Both the position numbers and the translations under genes were made by a program. A stretch of DNA of 64,000 nucleotides from a virus. The notes under the pieces were generated by a model. That model saw only the letters and a program-made list of their open reading frames with translations. It did no database searches and was not told where the DNA came from. Shown here one piece after another: positions 54,868 through 64,000 of this stretch. Within the stretch, counting starts at the first letter, position 1. Each line of letters begins with the position of its first letter. The stretch covers positions 1 through 64,000 of the IMG/VR virus record IMGVR_UViG_3300034062_003964; one strand, given 5' to 3'.

Positions 54868-56508
54868 ATGATTACAATAGGATTCTCAACTAGAAAAATT
54901 GATAGTAGTTTTGTTGAACTATTAAAAAAATCATGTGGAGTATCAAACCCACAAATAATCCCAATAGAAAATGAGGGTAAATATTCATTACCTGAAGCTT
55001 ACAATATGATTTTAGAACAAGCAACAAACGATATTGTTGTGTTGTGTCATGATGATATCTATTTTGATAGTAAGAATTGGGGTAGTAAAATATTAAAACA
55101 TTTTAAAAGAAGTCCTGAGTATGGAATTTTAGGGCTTGCAGGTTCTACCCAATTACCAGAATCTGCAAAGTGGTGGGAAGACTTTTCAAAAATGAAAGGT
55201 ATTGTTAATCACGAACATGAAGGTAAAAAATGGGAATCCAAATATTCTGCAAGTTTAGGTAATCAGATTGATGATGTCGTTTTGGTTGATGGTCTTTTTG
55301 TTGTATTGAATAAGAAAAATATTAAACAAACATTTAACGAAGAAATTAAAGGGTTTCACTTTTATGATGTAGATTTTTCATTTAGAAACTTTATTGAAGA
55401 TGTGAAAATTGGCGTTATCTATGATGTCAGAGTTACTCACAAATCAATAGGTCAAACAAACGACCAATGGGAGCAAAACAGAATTAAGTTTGCAGAAAAA
55501 CATAAAGATAATCTTCCCGTTAAAATTAAAAGAAATCTTACTTTAGAATCGCCAATTAAAGTATTACTATCTTCATTATTTTTTAAAACTTTTACAGGTT
55601 CTGAAATGTATGTTTATGAATTAGCAAGAGGGTTAAAAAGTTTAAACTGTGATGTTACCGTTCTTTCAGATATCGAAGGTCCTTTATCTAAAATTGCAAA
55701 TCAACAAGGAATTAAAACATTACCATTCTCTAACCCACCGGGTTATAAATTAGGTGATGGTAAGTGGGGATTTAACACGCCAGAAGGTGTAATCGCTAGT
55801 CAACCAAATATGATGTATAAAATGTCAGATGTTAATTTTGATATTGCTCACGTTCAACACAACCCAATATCGAAACAAATATGTGAGATGTACCCAAACA
55901 TACCAAAAATTTCAACAATACATTCTGAAGTAATAGAGTTAGAAAATCCTTATATAGACGACTCAATTAAAAAATATATCTGTATCAGGCCTGAAATTCA
56001 AAAACATGTTGTAACGAATTTTAACGTAGTTGGGTCTGACACTGAAGTTATTTATAACCCAATCGACACAAAAAGATTTAACACTAATAACATAAAAAAT
56101 TACCCTTACGTTTTATTTGTTGGGACAATAGACTACCTGAGAGAAAAAACAATTAGGGACTTAGTTGAGTATTCAAAATCCATTAATAAAGAACTTTGGT
56201 TAGTTGGTGAAAACAAATCAAACTACCTACCGGAATTATTAGAATTTTCTCATGTTAAACATTTTCCAGCAACTAACAAAGTTGAAGAATATGTTAAAAA
56301 CTGTAGTGAGACTGCAGGTATTCTTTTAGGTAGAACAACAATTGAGGGTTGGTTATGTGGTAAATCAGGATGGATTTACAATGTCGATAATAGTGGTAAT
56401 ATTATAAACAAAAATAAACATGAAGTTCCGTCTGACGTTTACAAGTTTAACTCTATTGAAGTTGCTAAAAAAATAAAAGAGGAATATATTAAAATTTTAA
56501 ATGGTTAA
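54868..56508 (+). CDS. Two-domain glycosyltransferase (GT-A/GT2-like + GT-B/GT4-like)
   Basis: N-term YNMILEQATNDIVVLCHDD...FHFYDVDF; C-term TGSEMYVYELARGL, IYNPIDT, GRTTIEGW. Confidence 0.8.
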   Translation: MITIGFSTRKIDSSFVELLKKSCGVSNPQIIPIENEGKYSLPEAYNMILEQATNDIVVLCHDDIYFDSKNWGSKILKHFKRSPEYGILGLAGSTQLPESAKWWEDFSKMKGIVNHEHEGKKWESKYSASLGNQIDDVVLVDGLFVVLNKKNIKQTFNEEIKGFHFYDVDFSFRNFIEDVKIGVIYDVRVTHKSIGQTNDQWEQNRIKFAEKHKDNLPVKIKRNLTLESPIKVLLSSLFFKTFTGSEMYVYELARGLKSLNCDVTVLSDIEGPLSKIANQQGIKTLPFSNPPGYKLGDGKWGFNTPEGVIASQPNMMYKMSDVNFDIAHVQHNPISKQICEMYPNIPKISTIHSEVIELENPYIDDSIKKYICIRPEIQKHVVTNFNVVGSDTEVIYNPIDTKRFNTNNIKNYPYVLFVGTIDYLREKTIRDLVEYSKSINKELWLVGENKSNYLPELLEFSHVKHFPATNKVEEYVKNCSETAGILLGRTTIEGWLCGKSGWIYNVDNSGNIINKNKHEVPSDVYKFNSIEVAKKIKEEYIKILNG

Positions 56509-57229
56509 AGTTGTTAGTTGTTTTTGGAATGCCGAAAACTATATTGAGAAATGTATTAATTCAGTTAAAAATCAATTACATAAAAATTTCAAAATGTATT
56601 TGGTTGATGATGTTTCCACTGATAAAACAGTGGAGCAAATAAAAAAACTAATCGATGGTGATGATAGGTTTATACTAATAGAAAATAAAGTAAAAAAGTA
56701 TAAACTAAAAAATATGGATGATTTATTGATGGATGAATCTTTATTTGACGATGATGATATTATTATTGAATTAGATGGTGACGATTGGTTGTATAATGAT
56801 AAAGTCTTAGGGTTTATTAATGACAAATACGAAAAAAATAAAAATTTATGGTTAACTAACGGTAGCTTTGTTTATTCAAATGGTATGATTGGTTTTTCTA
56901 ATAGAGTTAATTATAAAACCGTAAGAACGGATATTTTTGCCTTTTCACATTTAAGAACTTGGAAAGTACATCTTTGGCGTAATATTGATGAGTCGTCGTT
57001 TACCGATGAAAATGGAGAATACTTTAAAGCCGCTCCGGATGTCGCATATTCATACCCTATGATTGAGATGTGTGGTGATAAACATTACGAATTTATACCG
57101 GAAATACTTTTAGTCTATAATGAAGAAAATCCACATAACGAACATAAAGAAAACGCCAGAGCGGGTCAAATGGAACAACAAAGATGCGCAAACATAATAA
57201 GAAACTTAAAAAAATATAAACCACAATAG
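56501..57229 (+). CDS. GT2-family glycosyltransferase
   Basis: NAENYIEKCINSVKNQ, VDDVSTD, ELDGDDWL, SHLRTWK. Confidence 0.9.
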   Translation: MVKVVSCFWNAENYIEKCINSVKNQLHKNFKMYLVDDVSTDKTVEQIKKLIDGDDRFILIENKVKKYKLKNMDDLLMDESLFDDDDIIIELDGDDWLYNDKVLGFINDKYEKNKNLWLTNGSFVYSNGMIGFSNRVNYKTVRTDIFAFSHLRTWKVHLWRNIDESSFTDENGEYFKAAPDVAYSYPMIEMCGDKHYEFIPEILLVYNEENPHNEHKENARAGQMEQQRCANIIRNLKKYKPQ

Positions 57230-57230
57230 T

Positions 57231-58877
57231 ATGGAAAATGTTTATTCAACAGCCTATTTAATGGGTGGGTTAGGTAACCAAATGTTTCAAATCGCACATG
57301 CGGTTTGTCAAGGATTAAAAAATAATAAAGAAAGTGTTTTTGAACCCGTGTCTTACACCCCAATGTCACAATCTAAACAAACTACTCATTATGTTGACAA
57401 TATTTTTAAAAATGTAAAATTTGTTGATAAAATTATTAACAAAAAAAGAGTTTCTGAAGAAACCTGGAATAAACCTAATTTAAATTTTTCTTGGGATAGT
57501 AATATAGAATTCTATGGGTATTACCAAAGTCTAAACAATTTTTTAGGGTATGATGAAAACATAAAAGAAATGTTCGGTCCTGATGATAATTTTATTACAA
57601 AATTAAAATCTTTGTACCCAAATTTTAAAAATCAAAAATCTACTTCGATACACATTAGAAGAGGTGACTATCTAACTATAAACGATATACTACCATCTGT
57701 AGATTTAAGTTATATTGATTATTGTATAAATCTTTTAGATGACTTAACTGAAGTATTTTATGTTTTTAGTGATGATATTAATTGGGTTAAAAATAATATT
57801 AAATCTTCTAAAGTGGTTTTTGTTGACCAGTTACAAGATTATGAAGATTTATGGATGATGAGTTTATGTGAAAATAACGTAATATCAAACTCAACATTTT
57901 CATGGTGGTCAGCCTTTTTAAATAAAAATGAAAATAAAAAAGTTTTATGCCCAAGTATGTGGTTTGGACCTAAAGGATTTCAAGATTACGATAACATATA
58001 TGTAGATGGATGGATTAAAGTAAACGTAAATTACAATAATGGGTTATTAGTAAAAACAAAAAACGACACTATTAATCTAATAGACTCAACATTCTCACAC
58101 TCAAAAATAGGTTACTGTAGTGATTACCAAGACTCATTATTTTTTAAATGGAAAAGAGAAAATTTTAATAAAAATGGTAATGATTTTGTTGTTTACACCG
58201 ATGCGAGATTGGGGGAAGTCACAAATAACCATAATTCAATTGCTTGGTTAATCGAACCAAAAGAAATCGCACCATATACCTATGATTTTATTGTTAATAA
58301 CAATAATAAATTTAAAAAAGTATTCACACATGAAAAGTCACTATTAGACAAGGGTGGAAATTATGAATTATTACCATTCGGATGTTGTTGGATAAAACCT
58401 GAGGACCAAAAAATTTACAATAAATCAAAAATGATAAGTATAATATCATCAAATAAGACTCAAACAAATGGTCATAGATTAAGACACGACATTATTAACC
58501 AATTAAATGGTAAAATAGATGTATACGGTAGAACTTACAACCCAATAGATTATAAACTTGACGGACTAAAAGAATATAAATTTCACATTGTGGTGGAAAA
58601 CACTAAAAGAGATTATTGGTTTACTGAGAAACTAATTGATTGTTTTGTGACAGGAACAGTACCAATTTATTGGGGGTGTCCTTCAATAGGTGATTTTTTT
58701 GACACTAACGGTATGATTATTTTTGACAATGTTGGGGAGTTAGTGGACATCGTAAATAATTTATCTATAGATGACTATATAAAAAGACTAGAAAGTATTA
58801 AAAATAATTTTAATAAATCAAAAAAATATTTGTTACCAGATGATATTATTTACAAAAAACTTACTTTAGAAATATAA
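57231..58877 (+). CDS. GT11 (alpha-1,2-fucosyltransferase-like) + GT10 (alpha-1,3-fucosyltransferase-like) fusion
   Basis: GT11: GGLGNQMFQ, HIRRGDY, VFSDD, SNSTFSWW. GT10: YKFHIVVEN...DYWFTEKLIDCF..GTVPIYWG. Confidence 0.85.
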   Translation: MENVYSTAYLMGGLGNQMFQIAHAVCQGLKNNKESVFEPVSYTPMSQSKQTTHYVDNIFKNVKFVDKIINKKRVSEETWNKPNLNFSWDSNIEFYGYYQSLNNFLGYDENIKEMFGPDDNFITKLKSLYPNFKNQKSTSIHIRRGDYLTINDILPSVDLSYIDYCINLLDDLTEVFYVFSDDINWVKNNIKSSKVVFVDQLQDYEDLWMMSLCENNVISNSTFSWWSAFLNKNENKKVLCPSMWFGPKGFQDYDNIYVDGWIKVNVNYNNGLLVKTKNDTINLIDSTFSHSKIGYCSDYQDSLFFKWKRENFNKNGNDFVVYTDARLGEVTNNHNSIAWLIEPKEIAPYTYDFIVNNNNKFKKVFTHEKSLLDKGGNYELLPFGCCWIKPEDQKIYNKSKMISIISSNKTQTNGHRLRHDIINQLNGKIDVYGRTYNPIDYKLDGLKEYKFHIVVENTKRDYWFTEKLIDCFVTGTVPIYWGCPSIGDFFDTNGMIIFDNVGELVDIVNNLSIDDYIKRLESIKNNFNKSKKYLLPDDIIYKKLTLEI

Positions 58878-58885
58878 AAAATATT

Positions 58886-59605
58886 ATGAAAAATTTAAAA
58901 GATATTATAAACCTTGAGAAAGACAAAACATCATTTGTTTGTGGTTTAGGTCCTTCTCTTTCGGACACTATAGGACACATTATAAAAGAAAGGAAAAATA
59001 TAGTTTTAGTTTCTTGTAACGATATTGATTTGATAAGTGATTTACAACCTAACTATTGGGTTTGGGCGAATACGCAACAAGTTGGTAGTTTAATTGATAG
59101 ATTAAAAAGAATGCCTAACACATCACTTGTACATGCAGACTCAGTAGACTCAACACCTAGATGGTGGATTGAAAAAAATTTAGGAAATTTAAATTATGTG
59201 GGTTACGACCAAAGACACTTTGATAATAAAACCTGTTATAGTTGTGCAAACGGATGTCAAAATTTTATTAGTGATAGATTAACAATACAAGAAGAGTTAC
59301 AAAAATTTACAGGTAATGATGAGAAATATAGTGCAGGGGATACTGTTGCTGTACATATGTTAGCACTATCTATATTATTGGGGTGTAAAAAAATATACGT
59401 ATCAGGGGTAGATTTAGACTATAAAAAAGGTTATTTTGGTTCTTATATGGCCCCAATATCGGCAACGGAATTTGACTCAACTATACCTAATATGTTAAAT
59501 GATTTTAGAATTATTAACGATAGTGCTAAAAAAATTGGGGTTGAGATAATAAACACAAGTGTAGATTCACGTCTAAGTGAAATTTTAAAAACTGAAAAAA
59601 TATGA
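58886..59605 (+). CDS. Maf/DUF115-like (CMP-nonulosonate transferase-like) protein
   Basis: VCGLGPSL, VSCN, TVAVHMLALSILLGCKKIYVSGVDL are the pattern shared by Maf/DUF115 and CstII-like transferases. Confidence 0.65.
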   Translation: MKNLKDIINLEKDKTSFVCGLGPSLSDTIGHIIKERKNIVLVSCNDIDLISDLQPNYWVWANTQQVGSLIDRLKRMPNTSLVHADSVDSTPRWWIEKNLGNLNYVGYDQRHFDNKTCYSCANGCQNFISDRLTIQEELQKFTGNDEKYSAGDTVAVHMLALSILLGCKKIYVSGVDLDYKKGYFGSYMAPISATEFDSTIPNMLNDFRIINDSAKKIGVEIINTSVDSRLSEILKTEKI

Positions 59606-60300
59606 GTTCAATATTTAATCCTAATTATGTTCAAAAAACATATAAAGAAAATAAATCAGATTACCCAAAAAAGTTAGTTAACTATATTATAAAAAAATAT
59701 AACATAAAAGAAGGGGCTAAGATTTTAGATATTGGATGTGGTGATGGAGTAATAACAAAATGTTTTATTGAATGTGGTATAGATGCTTATGGAATGGACA
59801 TATCAAATTCCTCAAAAGAAAACATACCGTCAAAAAAATTTAAATCTTATGATTTAAACGAAAAAAAATATCCGTTTAAAGATGAAAAATTTGATTTTAT
59901 TTTTTCAAAATCTGTTGTTGAGCATCTACAAAATCCGGATATTTTATTAGATGAATCATATAGAATGTTAAAAAAGGGTGGCGTATTAATTTGTATGGCT
60001 CCGAGTTGGAAACATTCGTATAAGGAGGCTTTCTATATTGACCACACACATGTTACACCTTTCACTAGATATTCATTAGAAACCGCTTGTGACCTATCTG
60101 GGTTTGTTTCTGAGTGTGAATATTTTTATCAGTTACCATTAACATGGAAATATTCATTTTTAAACATTTTTAGATACATCATTCAAAAATTACCATTACC
60201 ATACTCACCATTTGAAAAAGTATTATGGGGTAAAAAAACAAACAAGATTATTAGATTCTCAAAAGAGGCAATGTTAATTTGTAAAGCGGAAAAAAAATGA
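59602..60300 (+). CDS. Class I SAM-dependent methyltransferase
   Basis: ILDIGCGDG, FDFIFSKSVVEHL, LKKGG. Confidence 0.9.
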   Translation: MSSIFNPNYVQKTYKENKSDYPKKLVNYIIKKYNIKEGAKILDIGCGDGVITKCFIECGIDAYGMDISNSSKENIPSKKFKSYDLNEKKYPFKDEKFDFIFSKSVVEHLQNPDILLDESYRMLKKGGVLICMAPSWKHSYKEAFYIDHTHVTPFTRYSLETACDLSGFVSECEYFYQLPLTWKYSFLNIFRYIIQKLPLPYSPFEKVLWGKKTNKIIRFSKEAMLICKAEKK

Positions 60301-60965
60301 TATCCTTAATTTTAGCAAGGGGTGGAAGTAAAGGCGTTCCAAAAAAAAACATAAAACAATTAATGGGTAAACCTTTAATTGAGTATGTAATTACTTCGGC
60401 TAAAGAATCAAAAAAAATTACAGATGTATATGTTTCTTCTGATGATGAGGAGATAATTGAAATCTCAAAGAATCTAGGATGTAAAATCATTGTAAGACCT
60501 AATGAATTGTCAACTGACACATCTTTAGATATAGATTCTTTTAGACATTTTTGCAAAGAATTAAACCATACTGAACCAATAATACATTTAAGAGCAACAA
60601 CCCCTTTAGTAAATCCATTAGTCATTGATAACGCTATTGAAGTGTTTTTAAAAAATAAAAAAAACATAACAAGTCTTAGGTCTGCACATGAAACTTCAGA
60701 ATCTGTATATAAGTTTTATACAAAAAATGGTGAGTTTTGGCAACCTATAGTTGATACTATGGATACTAATTTACCTAGACAAAGTTATCCTAAAACATAT
60801 TCACCTAACGGATATGTTGATATAGTAACCCCTGAAATTTTTATGGATTCAGATAGTTTTTATGGTGATAAAATTTATTCATTTATTACTGATAAAACTT
60901 ATGAAATTGACACTATTGATGATTTTAATTATATTGAGTATATTTTAAGTAAAAAAAATGTATAA
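60297..60965 (+). CDS. neuA: Acylneuraminate (nonulosonate) cytidylyltransferase
   Basis: ILARGGSKGVPKKNIK, VSSDD, RPNELSTD, LRATTP, EIDTIDDF. Confidence 0.9.
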   Translation: MISLILARGGSKGVPKKNIKQLMGKPLIEYVITSAKESKKITDVYVSSDDEEIIEISKNLGCKIIVRPNELSTDTSLDIDSFRHFCKELNHTEPIIHLRATTPLVNPLVIDNAIEVFLKNKKNITSLRSAHETSESVYKFYTKNGEFWQPIVDTMDTNLPRQSYPKTYSPNGYVDIVTPEIFMDSDSFYGDKIYSFITDKTYEIDTIDDFNYIEYILSKKNV

Positions 60966-62292
60966 GTTCCAGTTAACACCGGTTAAATGTGATTCTGTAA
61001 AAACACGTTATAGAAACATTACAACATCAATTCCATCTCCACAATCATTAGAGTATTTAAATAATTGTATCAAGTATGAGCCAAATTCAATGAATGACCA
61101 ACTACCCGTAGTGTGGGATTCGGCATTAAATTATTCAATTTATGATATATCAGGTAATAAATGGATAGATTTTACCTCATCAATATTTGTCACAAATGTA
61201 GGGCACTCAAACCCAAAAGTAAAAGAAGCTATTATCTCTACGACTAATAAAAATTTATTAAACGCTTATTATTACCCAACCAAAGAAAGGTCTGAATTTT
61301 CTAAACTATTAGTTAATGTTTCACCTAAAAATTTAGACAAAGTTTTATTTTTATCTACCGGTTCTGAGTCTGTTGAGTGTGCAATTAAAATGTCAATTAA
61401 ACATACAGGTAAAAACAAAATCATCTCATTCAATAATGGTTATCATGGCAAAACTATGGGGTCGGCAATGGCAGGTGGTAAATTTAAATCACAAGAATGG
61501 ATACCCGTTAAAACATATGTAACTCATTTACCTTACCCTGATACTATTACATTAGAAAAAGAAGGGTTGTTACCACAAGAACTTTTTGAAAAATATTTTA
61601 AAGATATAAATCCTTCTGAGTATTCCTCAGTAATCATGGAACCATATCAAGGATGGTCAGCCGAATTTGCGTCAAAAGAATATGTTAAATTATTAAAAAA
61701 ATGGTGTGAACATAATAACGTCTTATTAATAATTGACGAGATACAATCAGGGTTTGGTAGGACAGGTAAATTATTCGCTTATGAACATTTTGATATTACT
61801 CCCGATATAATTGTTTGTGCTAAAGGGATTTCATCATCATTACCATTATCTTGCGTAATAACTAATAATAAAATTATTAACAACGATATGTCATACAACA
61901 GCACACATGGGGGTAACCCTGTTGCGGTTGCCGCGTCAAAAGCTTCTGTAGAATATCTTTTAGATAATGATTTGATTAACGAATCATATCGGAAAGGTAA
62001 GATAATGGAAACGGAATTATTAAAGTGGAAAGAAGAAATGCCTGATTATGTAAAAAAAATAAACTGTAAAGGATTATTGGCGGGGGTTTTCATCAAATCA
62101 CCAAATGGAAATGACGTTGATTTTGTTGATATGATAATAGAAGTTGCAATGAGAAAAGGTTTATTATCAATTAGGACACAATCAGGAACATTAAAAATAG
62201 GTCCTCCATTAACTATTGATGATGATGCGTTAATTGAAGGTATTGGAGTTTTAAAAGAAAGTTTGATAGAATGTTTAGGCACGTTGGTATAG
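60958..62292 (+). CDS. Class III PLP-dependent aminotransferase
   Basis: TGSESVE, YHGKT, EPYQG, IIDEIQSGFGRTG, PDIIVCAKG, STHGGNP. Confidence 0.92.
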   Translation: MYKFQLTPVKCDSVKTRYRNITTSIPSPQSLEYLNNCIKYEPNSMNDQLPVVWDSALNYSIYDISGNKWIDFTSSIFVTNVGHSNPKVKEAIISTTNKNLLNAYYYPTKERSEFSKLLVNVSPKNLDKVLFLSTGSESVECAIKMSIKHTGKNKIISFNNGYHGKTMGSAMAGGKFKSQEWIPVKTYVTHLPYPDTITLEKEGLLPQELFEKYFKDINPSEYSSVIMEPYQGWSAEFASKEYVKLLKKWCEHNNVLLIIDEIQSGFGRTGKLFAYEHFDITPDIIVCAKGISSSLPLSCVITNNKIINNDMSYNSTHGGNPVAVAASKASVEYLLDNDLINESYRKGKIMETELLKWKEEMPDYVKKINCKGLLAGVFIKSPNGNDVDFVDMIIEVAMRKGLLSIRTQSGTLKIGPPLTIDDDALIEGIGVLKESLIECLGTLV

Positions 62293-62684
62293 TCGTAAAC
62301 GACTTGGATAAAATGAAATGGTTTTATCAAGATGTAATTGGATTGGAAATTCTTTATGATAAAATAGAAGAAGGTCGGTTTTTAAATCATATACTTAATT
62401 CTGTTAATAAATCTCCAAGAATTATTAAATTGGGTAAAGATAATAAAACAATAGTTGAATTGCTTTATTTTGGAAGTTGTGAAATAAATAAAAAAAGTCT
62501 TTTTGAAAACGGGTACACTCATTTTGCATTTACTATAGATAATGTTAAAACTCTTTACGATAAGTTTATTGATAATAATTTACCTATCATTAATACTCCG
62601 ACAATTTCTGATGAAAAAACGGTTAAAGTTTTTTTTGGTTCGGACCCAGAAAATAATATTATAGAATTTGTTGAGTTATTATGA
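62271..62684 (+). CDS. VOC / glyoxalase-family protein
   Basis: HVGIVVNDL...FYQDVIG, VELL, HFAFTI, DPENNIIEFVE. Confidence 0.88.
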   Translation: MFRHVGIVVNDLDKMKWFYQDVIGLEILYDKIEEGRFLNHILNSVNKSPRIIKLGKDNKTIVELLYFGSCEINKKSLFENGYTHFAFTIDNVKTLYDKFIDNNLPIINTPTISDEKTVKVFFGSDPENNIIEFVELL

Positions 62685-63448
62685 TAGTAGGAGTTTTACA
62701 AGGTCGTCTTAGTGAGCCGGTCAATAAAAAAATGCAAGAGTTTCCACTTAACTGGAAATCCGAATTTAATGTTTTAAATCATATCGAGTTGAGTGGTATC
62801 GAATGGTTAATAACTCCAAACGATAACTTAAATAATCCATTATTTATTGAATCTAATTTACCCACTAACATCTTATCGGTTTGTGTAGATACTATGGTTA
62901 ATAATTCATTTTACAAAGATGAATTTATGAATCAAAATTTAGTACCTGTTTTAGATAAAATGGTAGAACTAAAATTGAATAAAATAGTAATACCACTTTT
63001 AGAAGATAGTTCAGTGGAAAATGAATATATCAGATATGAATTTTTAAAAAACATAATTCCAATATCTGAAAAATATCCATCAATTAATTTTTGTTTTGAA
63101 TTTGAATGTGATAAAGAAATTGTGATGGATGTCGTAAATAATAAAGACAATTTTTTTATTACCTATGATACCGGTAATTTCACCTCAACATATAAAGAAA
63201 AAATAGACCATGAAGAATTAATAAATTACTTCGGGTCAAAAATAAAAAATGTTCATTTTAAAGATAGAACTTTTAATGGTGAAACAAAACATTTTGGGTT
63301 AGGCGATACCAATTTTAAAACTATAATTGATTCATTAAAAAATATTAATTACACTGATAACATCATATTGCAACTTGCAAGAGATGTGGATGGTGATGAA
63401 ATAAATTACATAAAAAATACATACCAAAAAATCAAAACATTATTATGA
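62681..63448 (+). CDS. Sugar-phosphate isomerase/epimerase (xylose-isomerase-like TIM barrel)
   Basis: GVLQGRLS, IEW, FEFE, YDTGN, VHFKDR, GLGDTNF. Confidence 0.85.
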   Translation: MIVGVLQGRLSEPVNKKMQEFPLNWKSEFNVLNHIELSGIEWLITPNDNLNNPLFIESNLPTNILSVCVDTMVNNSFYKDEFMNQNLVPVLDKMVELKLNKIVIPLLEDSSVENEYIRYEFLKNIIPISEKYPSINFCFEFECDKEIVMDVVNNKDNFFITYDTGNFTSTYKEKIDHEELINYFGSKIKNVHFKDRTFNGETKHFGLGDTNFKTIIDSLKNINYTDNIILQLARDVDGDEINYIKNTYQKIKTLL

Positions 63449-64000
63449 GAAACTTATTTGATTTAGATGGTAAGGTTGCTTTAATTACCGGCGCGGGTGG
63501 ATTATTAGGTCCAAAACACGCCGAGGCTCTTTTAGAATATGGGGCTAAAGTAATTCTTACAGATGTCGACATGGATATGTTATCTAAAAAACACAAAGAA
63601 CTTTCTTCAGTTTATGGGGAAGAAAATGTGTTTATGGAATACATGAATGTTACAGACAAAAAAAGTGTAAATGAGGTGTCAAACAAATATGAAAGAATCG
63701 ATATCCTTATTAATAACGCGGCTAAAGACCCAAAAGTCACAAAAGACGATAAAAGTTTAACGCCTGAAACAAGATTTGAGGTGATGACTGAATCGTATTT
63801 TAAAGAAGGTATTGATGCAATTATAAACGGAACTTTTATTACTTCACAAGTAATTTGTAATAAAATGTTAGAAACGGGTGGTGGTGTTGTATTAAACATT
63901 TCGTCTGATTTGGGTGTGATTGCACCTGACCAAAGAATCTACAGAGATGAAACAAAATCTGAAAACGAACAGAATGTAAAACCAATTACATATTCGGCAG
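63445..64000 (+). CDS. SDR oxidoreductase (PtmA-like), runs off right end of window
   Basis: Not in ORF track. ATG 63445: MRNLFDLDGKVALITGAGGLLGPKHAEALL...IDILINNAA...VLNISSDLG...KPITYSA. Confidence 0.88.
   Translation, partial: MRNLFDLDGKVALITGAGGLLGPKHAEALLEYGAKVILTDVDMDMLSKKHKELSSVYGEENVFMEYMNVTDKKSVNEVSNKYERIDILINNAAKDPKVTKDDKSLTPETRFEVMTESYFKEGIDAIINGTFITSQVICNKMLETGGGVVLNISSDLGVIAPDQRIYRDETKSENEQNVKPITYSA

Noticed and set aside
1-64000. Stop-codon reassignment as in some large Bacteroidota phages
   Set aside because: Long ORFs are intact under code 11, and TAG and TGA end genes at sensible positions (e.g. TAG 37966-37968, TGA 41344-41346).
1-64000. tRNA, rRNA, integrase or transposase genes
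   Set aside because: Intergenic gaps are short, and I saw no cloverleaf/T-loop signatures or recombinase motifs; a covariance-model search was not possible.

Overview
This AT-rich, gene-dense window is part of a large contractile-tailed (T4-superfamily-like, jumbo) phage genome. It uses the standard genetic code, and the host is probably Bacteroidota: Shine-Dalgarno motifs are not evident and one promoter matches TTTG-N19-TAnnTTTG. It holds baseplate, hub, tape-measure, tube, sheath and neck genes with a replication block embedded among them (class Ia NrdAB, DnaB-like helicase, 5'-3' exonuclease, RecA/UvsX, gp32-like SSB). It also encodes an SNF2 helicase, family B DNA polymerase, a metallopeptidase-SOD fusion, a stand-alone WYL protein, dUTPase and a large glycosylation / nonulosonic-acid cluster that runs off the right end. 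The most interesting signals are: (1) an [S/T]-G-x-T motif strongly enriched in virion proteins, plus PT/Thr linkers, in the same genome as a phage-encoded glycosylation pathway (candidate virion O-glycosylation system); (2) a candidate +1 programmed frameshift (TTT TTT CGG) in the tail-chaperone gene; (3) SOD, HAD and WYL proteins carrying (I/L)-x-E segments that suggest capsid packaging; (4) a ~65-aa Cys module shared by two unrelated virion proteins; (5) a sense-strand TATTTAT motif upstream of structural genes. All calls come from reading motifs by eye; no searches were run.
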